Source: Acidimicrobiia bacterium (lineage in GTDB: Bacteria; Actinomycetota; Acidimicrobiia; Spongiisociales; ZC4RG35). Taken from it: 64,000 nt of DNA. The notes under the pieces were generated by a model. The model saw only the letters and a list, made by a program, of their open reading frames with translations, was not told where the DNA came from and searched no databases. The position numbers and the translations under genes are program-made. Shown here piece after piece: positions 32,229-40,552 of this stretch. The stretch lies in contig CBDFJY010000002.1 in assembly GCA_965248705.1 (NCBI GenBank), positions 1,972,058 to 2,036,057 on the forward strand, read 5' to 3'. Each line of letters begins with the position of its first letter. The stretch's first letter is position 1.

Positions 32229-33179
32229 ATGACTGTTGTCGACGGGGTTTGTCCCCTGATGACCGATCCAGACTGGTGGGGTAGTTGGATTGAGGGAGGG
32301 GTTGACATAGTGGTGCCCACCGTGGCCAACTGGGAAGACCCCGGCGAGACTCAGGAGTTGCTCGAGCAATGGAGTGGGTGGTTGGCCCGGGACGACCGGC
32401 TGATCGGGATCGGTGATCCCTCTGATTTCGATCAGTTTCCCCTTCCCGGTCGGCTCGGAGTGGTGATCCATTTTCAGAACACGTTGCCGCTTGGCGACGA
32501 TCTGGCCAACTACGAGCGCTTCCACCAGCGGGGCTTGCGGATGGTTCAGATCTGCTACAACCGCACCAACCTGGTGGGAGACGGATGCTTGGAACCCGGT
32601 GATGGTCCGCTTACCTCGTTTGGTCGGGAGGTGATCAAAGAAATGAACCGTCTGGGCATGGTGGTCGATCTGTCCCACACCGGCCGTCGCACCACCTTCG
32701 ACGCCATGCGGCTCACTTCGGCGCCGCCGGTTTTTTCCCATTCCAATCCTTTAGCCTTGTGCTCCAATCGCCGCAACATTGATGACGAGCAGATCAAAGC
32801 GGTAGCAGACTCGGGCGGTTTGGTGGGGATCAACGCCTATCCGGCCTTTGTGAAGCAGGGTGGAAAAGACGTCACCGTGGCCGATCTGGTGGATCACATC
32901 GACTATCTGGTCGACCTGATCGGGCCCGATCAAATCGGGCTGGGGCTGGATTTCTGCGAGTTGAGCCCCGAGATCCACGCCGAGATGATCGCCTCGGGGG
33001 AGTGGAGTCTTGAGGACTACCCCGATGATTCCGGAATCTATCCGATCGGCTTGGAGACTCCTGCTCAGATTCCCAATATCACAAAGGAAATGGTAAAGCG
33101 GGGCTATTCCTCCGATGCGATGGCGGGCATTCTCGGTCACAACTGGATCGATCTTTTCAAGAAGGTGTGGTCGGCTTAA
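32229..33179 (+). CDS. membrane dipeptidase (peptidase M19 family)
   Basis: 316 aa; LSHTGRRTTFDAM, FSHSNP and HIDYLVDLIG motifs typical of renal-dipeptidase-like M19 enzymes. Confidence 0.8.
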   Translation: MTVVDGVCPLMTDPDWWGSWIEGGVDIVVPTVANWEDPGETQELLEQWSGWLARDDRLIGIGDPSDFDQFPLPGRLGVVIHFQNTLPLGDDLANYERFHQRGLRMVQICYNRTNLVGDGCLEPGDGPLTSFGREVIKEMNRLGMVVDLSHTGRRTTFDAMRLTSAPPVFSHSNPLALCSNRRNIDDEQIKAVADSGGLVGINAYPAFVKQGGKDVTVADLVDHIDYLVDLIGPDQIGLGLDFCELSPEIHAEMIASGEWSLEDYPDDSGIYPIGLETPAQIPNITKEMVKRGYSSDAMAGILGHNWIDLFKKVWSA

Positions 33180-33223
33180 TGGGGTGACGGCGGGGTGGGT
33201 CGGGTACGATAGGTCCTAAGCCA

Positions 33224-35512
33224 GTGTTGTATTTCTCTATACGCTCCCACCGGTCCGTCGGGTTACTGGCCGGTTTGTCGTTGTTGATCAGCGCGGTGGC
33301 GATCTTCCCGCCGCCTCTCAAGGCTGCCGACCCTGCGCCGGATTATCTTGCCTCTTTCGAAGCCTGCCCGGAGGACATCATCCCCAGTGCCGGTTTTGTC
33401 GATGTAACCGCCCTCCACTCCAATGCTGGCGACATCAACTGCATTGCCTACTACGGAATCACCATAGGTACCTCACCCACCACCTACTCACCTGGCAATC
33501 CGGTTATCCGGGAACACATGGCGCTCTTCTTGGTCAGGCTCGCCAAGCTGGTGGGTATACCGGTTCCTGCCTCAAACGACACACCGTTCGATGACATAGC
33601 CAACTTGACGCCGACCTCCCAGGAAGCCATCAGCCAGATATACCAGTTGGGGATCACGATTGGCGCTACCGCTACTACCTATGCGCCGGCCCGAAATGTC
33701 AGCCGCGGCGAGATGGCGCTCTTCTTGCAACGGTTGATGGACTTGATGGTTCCGGTGACGGACGGGGGAAGAGCCTTTGGATACACACCGGATGATGTCA
33801 ATGACAACGACGGAAACTTCGATGTGGAATCTCCTTTCCAAGACCTGGAAGAGGTCTCGCACACCGTGCACGAGGCGGTCACCCAGTTGTACGAACTGGG
33901 GGTGGCGAGCGGACTGTCCGGCCTCATCTATGGCCCTGGAACAGACATGTCCAGAGCGGCCATGGCCGAATTCATGGCGGCGATTGTGGATCATTCCAAT
34001 TTGCGTCCCCAGGGGGTGACGGTTCAGGTTTCACCGACTCGGGGTGTGGACGATTTCGAAATTGTCGTGATGATTTCGGTTCGCCACGACAGCTTTGCGC
34101 CGACCGAGGAGGTGGTGGTGGACTGGTTCTACACCGCAGATCCCGACGGTGGGCTGGAAAGCGACGGCACTTGTGATCAGGCCATGATCCTGGGAGACGG
34201 TGACTGCGTCTGGGACAATGACGAAGATGGGGATACCGACCTGGATGGAAACCTGTTCGAGGATTTCGATGCGACGCCGGGAGCAGCCATGAGCATCTAT
34301 GCGTGGGTTGGTCGTAGGGACGGAGAACAATTCGACAAGGACACTGCGAATTTCTCGAAGGTCCAAGCAAAGTCGGAAAGAGATGCAGACAGCCTCTTTG
34401 TGCAGCACGACGTACCCGCCAACGCCGCCCGGATAGGCGGTGACGGGGCATTCATAGTCAACCTGGATCGGCGCTCATCCGTGGAGTTCACCATCCATCT
34501 CCTTGATGAAGATGGCGCCCGCTTAGAGAGAAAGGGCGTGCCAATATATATTGAAGTTGAGAGCCGCGAGATAAGGGTTGAGGCCGAAGATGTGACCGGT
34601 GGTCGACCGGATCCTGACTTTAGGAGCATAGGGCGTGATACCACCGATGACACGAGGGTGCTCACCGACGATAAGGGCAGCGCCACCTTTAACTTGAGGG
34701 GTCCGACCAGTGACGGACGTTTGGACGCGGTAACCATCGAAGCAGATTGTTGCACCCAACAAGTTCATCAGATCGCCTGGAGTGATGGCGACTCCGTCCT
34801 GGTGGCCGCCCAGTCCGACTTCGAGTCCTACCAGCAGCGTGACGGTGACAAGATGGAATTCACTGTCGAATACGATTTGCTCGATCAATACGGAGGTACG
34901 TTGCGCGGCACGGATTCTCGCCATACGGGAAGGCCCAACACCGACTTGTCCGCCACACTTGAGTACCAGCTTTACCATGCGCTGATTCCTAGTGGTGACG
35001 GTACCTACACAGTGGAGGAAACCCCGAACGCATCGGGGACTCCGAGCATCGATATCAACCGTAGAAGCGTCACCGCCGACATTGACATTGAAATCCCGTC
35101 TGGGTTCAGGGATGGTTATGAGTTCTTCGTCAAAATAGATGCTCAGATCTTCAGCGACAGAGATAGTGATGACACCTTGGACTCGAACGAAGTCCGGTAT
35201 GTGGATACTGATTTGATTGTGTGGCTCGTGAAGAACGCCCGGAACGAGGAGGAGTTCGACGAACTCGAGGATCGCACCCTCTCCACGCCTCCGGGTCTCA
35301 GTCTCGAGGAAGTCGGGTTGTACCCCACCGGCCGGAAGTTTCGCACCTTCTTCACCTTGTGGAGTTATGACCCCAGCCACAGGTTTCAAGTGAACGGCGA
35401 GTCGGTCAATGTCGAGACGTTCGAGGAAGCCTGGGAAGAGCAAGTTGATGGGATTTATGACTTGGACATTCCTATATATGGCTCCGGGTTCAGCTTGATT
35501 GTGATCAAATGA
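33224..35512 (+). CDS. large secreted SLH-domain surface protein, paralog B
   Basis: 762 aa; same architecture as 29865-32207 (3 SLH domains, acidic central region, FRTFFTLWSYD C-terminal motif). Confidence 0.75.
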   Translation: MLYFSIRSHRSVGLLAGLSLLISAVAIFPPPLKAADPAPDYLASFEACPEDIIPSAGFVDVTALHSNAGDINCIAYYGITIGTSPTTYSPGNPVIREHMALFLVRLAKLVGIPVPASNDTPFDDIANLTPTSQEAISQIYQLGITIGATATTYAPARNVSRGEMALFLQRLMDLMVPVTDGGRAFGYTPDDVNDNDGNFDVESPFQDLEEVSHTVHEAVTQLYELGVASGLSGLIYGPGTDMSRAAMAEFMAAIVDHSNLRPQGVTVQVSPTRGVDDFEIVVMISVRHDSFAPTEEVVVDWFYTADPDGGLESDGTCDQAMILGDGDCVWDNDEDGDTDLDGNLFEDFDATPGAAMSIYAWVGRRDGEQFDKDTANFSKVQAKSERDADSLFVQHDVPANAARIGGDGAFIVNLDRRSSVEFTIHLLDEDGARLERKGVPIYIEVESREIRVEAEDVTGGRPDPDFRSIGRDTTDDTRVLTDDKGSATFNLRGPTSDGRLDAVTIEADCCTQQVHQIAWSDGDSVLVAAQSDFESYQQRDGDKMEFTVEYDLLDQYGGTLRGTDSRHTGRPNTDLSATLEYQLYHALIPSGDGTYTVEETPNASGTPSIDINRRSVTADIDIEIPSGFRDGYEFFVKIDAQIFSDRDSDDTLDSNEVRYVDTDLIVWLVKNARNEEEFDELEDRTLSTPPGLSLEEVGLYPTGRKFRTFFTLWSYDPSHRFQVNGESVNVETFEEAWEEQVDGIYDLDIPIYGSGFSLIVIK

Positions 35513-35518
35513 CGGTCG

Positions 35519-35719
35519 TTGAAGGTTTTGTCCCTTTATGACCAGTCTCGATATTTGGGCAGTTGGGTGGGGTGCCGTGGCCCACCGTTGGCCAACCAGA
35601 AAGGTCAGATTTCCAATATCATCGAGGAAGTGGTGAAGCGGGGCTGTCCCACCGATGCGATAGCGGGCATTCTCGGTCACAACTGGATCGATCTTTTTAA
35701 ACGGGTGTGGGTGGCTTAG
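35519..35719 (+). pseudogene. internally deleted remnant of M19 dipeptidase gene (first ~25 and last ~30 codons only)
   Basis: nt 35513-35590 match 32229-32300 and the C-terminus EVVKRGCPTDAIAGILGHNWIDLFKRVWVA matches the M19 C-terminus EMVKRGYSSDAMAGILGHNWIDLFKKVWSA. Confidence 0.7.
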
Positions 35720-35779
35720 CCGGGTGCGGACCCTCTGAACGGGTTACGATAAAACCTGTAACCCCAAAGGAGGAAAGCA

Positions 35780-36820
35780 TTGCGTAGAGTACCCACCACC
35801 GCGGCTGCCGGCGCCGAACTGGTGCCGATGTTCCGAGACCATATGAAATTGTGCGGGGTTGGCCCTGGCCAGACCGTCATGGCCTTCACCAACACCCAGA
35901 GCAACCCCGCCTACATAACAGCCCTGATGGGAGCGGTCGGAGTGCTGGGTGGAGACTTCTTCCAGATCATGGTGGCTGCCGACGACTCCTGGATGAAGTC
36001 GCGCACCATCGTCGACGCTTGGAAAGGATGCGACTTGGTAGTGGGCTTTCTGGCCAGCATGGGATCCCACTGGATCTATTCCGACGCCCACAACGAGGCC
36101 TTGGGGGCCGGCGTTCGCAGCTTGATGATCGAGGAGCCCGAAGACCACCTGCGCCGCCTGTTTCCGCTTCCCATCATCCGCAAACGCGGCGAGAAGAGCG
36201 TGGAGTACATGGCGACGTCCGACATCATGCGGGTCTGGTCTGATGCGGGAAGTGATTTTACGGTCAAGTACACGGGCCGGCCGCTGGGAAGCCAGTACGG
36301 TTACACCGACGAACCGGGTCGATGGGATCACTGGCCCTCGGGGCAGTGTGGAGTGGCGCCCCTGGAGGACTCGGCGGAGGGCACCCTGGTGGTGGACGCC
36401 GGCGATGCGCTGCTGCCGATGGGCAAGTACGTAGAACAACCGATCCGCATGGAAATGCGGGAGGGAAGCATCGTCTCAATCGACGGAGGCGCAGACGCCC
36501 GCCTACTCAAGGACTTTTTCGAGCAACCCAAAGACAAACGCACTTACGGTCTCTCCCACATCGGGTGGGGGTACGAACACCGGGCCAATTGGAACGCCCT
36601 CGGGCTTCGTTTCTGGGAAGGCGGGGGAGTGATGGACACCGAGAGCTACTACGGCAACATGCTGATCGCCTTCGGCGCCAACTTCTTCCGCAAGCTGGGC
36701 GGCCAGAACCGGGCGAATTTCCACTTCGACATCCCCACCCGCAACCATTCGATAGCGATCGGGGACACCCAGATCATCGACCGGGGCCAGTTCGTGGTTC
36801 CAGGGTTCGAGTTGGAATAG
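35780..36820 (+). CDS. AmpS/NicX-like (M29 aminopeptidase superfamily) protein, assignment tentative
   Basis: 346 aa; overall resemblance to M29/2,5-dihydroxypyridine dioxygenase-like proteins (His/Asp-rich C-terminal HFDIPTRNHS region); no motif I can verify by eye. Confidence 0.4.
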   Translation: MRRVPTTAAAGAELVPMFRDHMKLCGVGPGQTVMAFTNTQSNPAYITALMGAVGVLGGDFFQIMVAADDSWMKSRTIVDAWKGCDLVVGFLASMGSHWIYSDAHNEALGAGVRSLMIEEPEDHLRRLFPLPIIRKRGEKSVEYMATSDIMRVWSDAGSDFTVKYTGRPLGSQYGYTDEPGRWDHWPSGQCGVAPLEDSAEGTLVVDAGDALLPMGKYVEQPIRMEMREGSIVSIDGGADARLLKDFFEQPKDKRTYGLSHIGWGYEHRANWNALGLRFWEGGGVMDTESYYGNMLIAFGANFFRKLGGQNRANFHFDIPTRNHSIAIGDTQIIDRGQFVVPGFELE

Positions 36821-36834
36821 TCGAGGCCCCAACT

Positions 36835-37590
36835 ATGCGGTTAAAAGACAAGGTAGCGGTAGTAACCGGGTCCTCCCGTTCCATCGGGAGGGCCATCGCC
36901 CTGGGATACGCCCGGGAAGGGGCGAAGGTGGTGATCAACTACCGGAGCGACCAGGGAGCTGCCAACTCGGCGGTGGGTGAAATCGAAGAGATCGGATCGG
37001 AAGCCATTGCAGTGCAGGCCGACACATCCTCATCCTCGGACGTGGCCGAGTTGATGGCGGCTACCGTCGACCGCTTCGGGCGGATCGACATCCTGGTCAA
37101 CAACGCCGGCATCCTGATACGGACCCCGTTCCTTGAGATCGAGGAGTCCGAGTGGGACCGGATCTTGGAAGTGAATCTGAAGGGATTCTTCCTGTGCTCC
37201 CAGGCGGCCGCCAAACAGATGGTGCGCCAAGGGGACGGCGGCGTGATCATCAATATGTCCTCGGCGGGAGATACGCTGGCGGGCCGGGATCTCACCCACT
37301 ACTGCGTGGCAAAGGGCGGGGTGCGGATGCTCACCCGCCAACTGGCCTCCGAACTCGCTCCCCACAAGATTCGCGCCAACGCCATAGCACCGGGTCTGAT
37401 CGAGACGGATTTGAACCGCGCCGACCTCTCCGACCAGGAGTTCCGGAATTACCGACTGTCCATGATTCCCCTGGGGATCATCGGCGTTCCCGAAGACATA
37501 GTGGGCGCCGCAGTATTCCTAGCCTCGGATGATTCGCGGATGGCCACCGGCACCACTATTTACCTGGACGCCGGCCAGACGATTGCGTAA
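36835..37590 (+). CDS. short-chain dehydrogenase/reductase (SDR, 3-oxoacyl-ACP reductase-like)
   Basis: KVAVVTGSSRSIGRAIA Rossmann motif, NNAG, YxxxK (YCVAKGG); real start MRLKDK at 36835 (the ORF track 36322 start is a spurious upstream extension). Confidence 0.85.
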   Translation: MRLKDKVAVVTGSSRSIGRAIALGYAREGAKVVINYRSDQGAANSAVGEIEEIGSEAIAVQADTSSSSDVAELMAATVDRFGRIDILVNNAGILIRTPFLEIEESEWDRILEVNLKGFFLCSQAAAKQMVRQGDGGVIINMSSAGDTLAGRDLTHYCVAKGGVRMLTRQLASELAPHKIRANAIAPGLIETDLNRADLSDQEFRNYRLSMIPLGIIGVPEDIVGAAVFLASDDSRMATGTTIYLDAGQTIA

Positions 37591-37799
37591 GTCCTGGTAG
37601 AAAGAATCTCCGTCCAGCAACACTAAATCGCGAAAATCAGGGGAATCGGTTTGTCCCTTGGGCCCTCCCGCCGCCACCACCGTTCCGTTGGTTTTCGCGA
37701 CTTTCCCAGGCCTTGGTAGGGCCGGTGTTTCGCTTGTTTGGATTGTGCCGATCCGGGTAGAGCTCTGGTTCCGGACAGTTGGGTGTTGAGTAGCTTTAG

Positions 37800-39116
37800 T
37801 CAATGTGGGTCGGTAACAGGCCGGAAGTCAACCCCTATGGCGGGGGATTGTTTCGCGGTGTGCCTCGGGTCTTCACAACAACAGCTTGGTCTTGGGTTTG
37901 CGAGGTCGCCGCCGGTTCGGGGTCTCCCGGACATCGGTGGACGGTGTTCGGTGTGGGGTGGTCGCAGTACGTGGTTCCCGTCAGGGGTTTGCCGGATTCG
38001 CCATCCGTCGTCGTGGACCTGATGGTGGCAGCGACTGCACAGCAAACACATGTTGTCGATGTCCGTGGGTCCTCCTGCCGCCCATGGCACAACATGATGC
38101 GCTTGGCACCAGGCCGGGTCAGCGCCACAGCCCACACACCCTCGGTCGCGGGCGATCAGCGTCATACGCTGAGCTGAAGTGGCGGTCCGTTTGCCCATTC
38201 CCACCCAAAGCGGCTGGTTGCGGGTGTCGAAGATTGCGGGCACGATCTTGCCTTCACATGCCACATCTTGGAACACTGCTACCGGAATGGGGGTTCCATC
38301 CGCCAGGGTGGCGTCCCGGACCTCTTGTGCCCCGACGTCATAGTGGGCGACCAAGAATAGAGTCGCCCCTCGGGACTTTCCCTTCCCCTGGCCGGGTTCG
38401 CACAACAGCTCGGCCAACGCGTCTGCCATGCGCTGGGCGGTGGTGGGTCTTTGTTTCGGGTTCTCGGCTCTCCACAACTGGTTGGTCTTGGCTGACAACA
38501 CGTTTTTGATACGGGCGCCAGTGATCGGATCAAACTGCCCATACAACACGGTCATTCCATCATCGGAATCGGTCTTGATCCAGGATTTACGGTTCCTTTT
38601 CTGCCGCTCCAACCGTGACATCCCATCATCTTGGGATCGTTGCTGTTCATGCTTCCGAGCAGTCTGAGCGAACACGTCCACCGGCTGCTCTTTGGCTCTA
38701 TCAGCCAACTCGGTCTCGTCGATCTCCACCTTCCCGGCGGTGTTGGCGATGATACGAGCATGATCGTAGGAGATCTGGCCATCCTCAAAGGCTTTGGCGG
38801 TGTAGGGCAGGTCTTTCAGCCGGTTGGCGACTTCGACCTCTGCTCGTGACCCGCGAGCGGACTTCCCGGACTGTTCCCGCAGGGTTTTCTCGGCGGCTTT
38901 CTGTCCCAAACGACGGGTGTACTCGGCTGCTACCCGTGCTCGCGCGGCGGCGGCCTGTGACTCTGCCTGGCTGATCGAACGCATCTGTTCTCCCAGATCG
39001 GCAAGGGATGCCTCCTGCATCGAGAGCGCAGGCGGCAGGAACCGCGCCCGGTTACCCGCCAACACCTCGCCAACTCCCGGCCGCCGTCGGTTGGATCTTT
39101 CAACTCCCATACCCAC
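37800..39116 (-). CDS. DUF222-HNH endonuclease (actinobacterial REP13E12-type selfish element protein)
   Basis: 438 aa; N-terminal DUF222-like region, C-terminal HNH motif CVGCGADPAWCQAHHVVPW...CLLCSRCHHQVHDDGW. Confidence 0.8.
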   Translation of the reverse strand: MGMGVERSNRRRPGVGEVLAGNRARFLPPALSMQEASLADLGEQMRSISQAESQAAAARARVAAEYTRRLGQKAAEKTLREQSGKSARGSRAEVEVANRLKDLPYTAKAFEDGQISYDHARIIANTAGKVEIDETELADRAKEQPVDVFAQTARKHEQQRSQDDGMSRLERQKRNRKSWIKTDSDDGMTVLYGQFDPITGARIKNVLSAKTNQLWRAENPKQRPTTAQRMADALAELLCEPGQGKGKSRGATLFLVAHYDVGAQEVRDATLADGTPIPVAVFQDVACEGKIVPAIFDTRNQPLWVGMGKRTATSAQRMTLIARDRGCVGCGADPAWCQAHHVVPWAAGGPTDIDNMCLLCSRCHHQVHDDGWRIRQTPDGNHVLRPPHTEHRPPMSGRPRTGGDLANPRPSCCCEDPRHTAKQSPAIGVDFRPVTDPH

Positions 39117-39257
39117 AAGATACCAAAGGGGTGTGACAAAACACTGCTATACAATACTATAATATGTCAAAGAATGCACAATAAAGGGAGCCAGGCGAGT
39201 CGATGTTGATGACGGACTGGTGGACATCAAATCGATCTGCAAGGGGATAGTCCCTGC

Positions 39258-40514
39258 TTAGATTCCCACCCGAGGCCAGGGGTGGACGGTGATTGCCTGG
39301 TCGGCCCAAGCCGAGACGATCCGCACTATCACCCGGGTGGCCCGATGCATGTCCGCCGCGTCCACCCATTCGTTTGGGCCGTAGAAGTTGCCGGCCAGGG
39401 CGCCGAAGCCGATAGTGGCGGCGTTCAGGCACCTGAACGGGAAGCGGATGTCGCTGGCCACATGGGCCGGATACAGGGTGGGGGTTGTCCCGGTTTCGAT
39501 GGCGATGGCTTCGGTGGTGGCCGCCACTATCGGATGATGGGGAGGAATCTCGGCCGGGTTGGACTGCACGCCGAACAACCGGGTGGAGAGAGCGCCGGCT
39601 CCCAATGCCGCAATGTTCAAGCTCTGATACACATCGGCCACTGTCCCGTGGCGGAACCGGACGGATCCCTCGGCCACAGCCTGTTCGGGCAGCACGATCG
39701 GATTGGTACCGGCCGAAACCCGGTTCACCGAGCAGAGCACACCTTCGCGGTCAGCCCACCGGTCCACCTCGTCCAACGCTCCCCGCAGTCGGTTGAAGGC
39801 GTTGATCCCCTGACTGGGGTCTTCGGAGCTGGGGGTGCGTATCTCCACCGGATCGGGCCGTCTCCCCACCGTTTCTATGCGGAAGTTGAAAAAGCCGCGG
39901 GTAGCGACCTTGAAGTGGGTCATCCCCCGTCCGGTTTCGGCAGGGTGGCAGTAGATGGACGCGTCCACTTCTCCCACCCTGGCCATCATGGGCAGGGTCC
40001 CCAAGCCGCCGCCCAGCTTGCCGTGCACCAGCCCGATCACCACCCGAACTCCCTGCAGCCGGGGAAGCAGGGCCCGGGCGGCGGCCAGAACCGAGACCAC
40101 CCCCGCCTTGTCGTCGGCGGTCCCCACTCCATAGATACGGTCTCCTGACTCGGTGGCCCGGTAGGGGTCGGTGTCCCAGTCGCCCCGGGGATCGGGCATC
40201 TCGGTGTCGATATGAGCAAACAGGAAAATGCCCGGTCCTTTGCCGGATGATCCCAGCACGCTCACCAGCCGCTCGGGCTCGGCGCTGGCCGGATGGGGCG
40301 GACACCACTCGGGATGGCGCTCCAACTCCTCCACCCGGGGAGTGATCAACTCCACTTCCATTCCCAGCTTCTCCAGTTCCCGGACGCACAGATCGTGCAC
40401 ATCGGAAGCCTCGGCCCGGACACTGGGCCGGGACACCAGAGAGGAGAGAAGCTCCCGCTCATACCCGCGCAGATCGTCGGCGGCGCTCAGAGCGGCATGC
40501 AGGTCAACTGGCAT
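39258..40514 (-). CDS. M20 family metallopeptidase (ArgE/DapE/carboxypeptidase G2-like)
   Basis: 418 aa; FLFAHIDTEMPD and GVGTADDKAGV metal-binding motifs. Confidence 0.8.
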   Translation of the reverse strand: MPVDLHAALSAADDLRGYERELLSSLVSRPSVRAEASDVHDLCVRELEKLGMEVELITPRVEELERHPEWCPPHPASAEPERLVSVLGSSGKGPGIFLFAHIDTEMPDPRGDWDTDPYRATESGDRIYGVGTADDKAGVVSVLAAARALLPRLQGVRVVIGLVHGKLGGGLGTLPMMARVGEVDASIYCHPAETGRGMTHFKVATRGFFNFRIETVGRRPDPVEIRTPSSEDPSQGINAFNRLRGALDEVDRWADREGVLCSVNRVSAGTNPIVLPEQAVAEGSVRFRHGTVADVYQSLNIAALGAGALSTRLFGVQSNPAEIPPHHPIVAATTEAIAIETGTTPTLYPAHVASDIRFPFRCLNAATIGFGALAGNFYGPNEWVDAADMHRATRVIVRIVSAWADQAITVHPWPRVGI

Positions 40515-40552
40515 TCATCAGTCCCTTTTCTTGCTGTGATAACCTTGAGGTT

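Noticed and set aside
36322-36834. N-terminal 170-aa extension of the SDR ORF (422 aa in the ORF track)
   Set aside because: The extension is Arg/Gly/Pro-rich nonsense that overlaps the 3' end of the preceding M29-like gene in another frame. The SDR Rossmann motif begins right after the internal Met at 36835.
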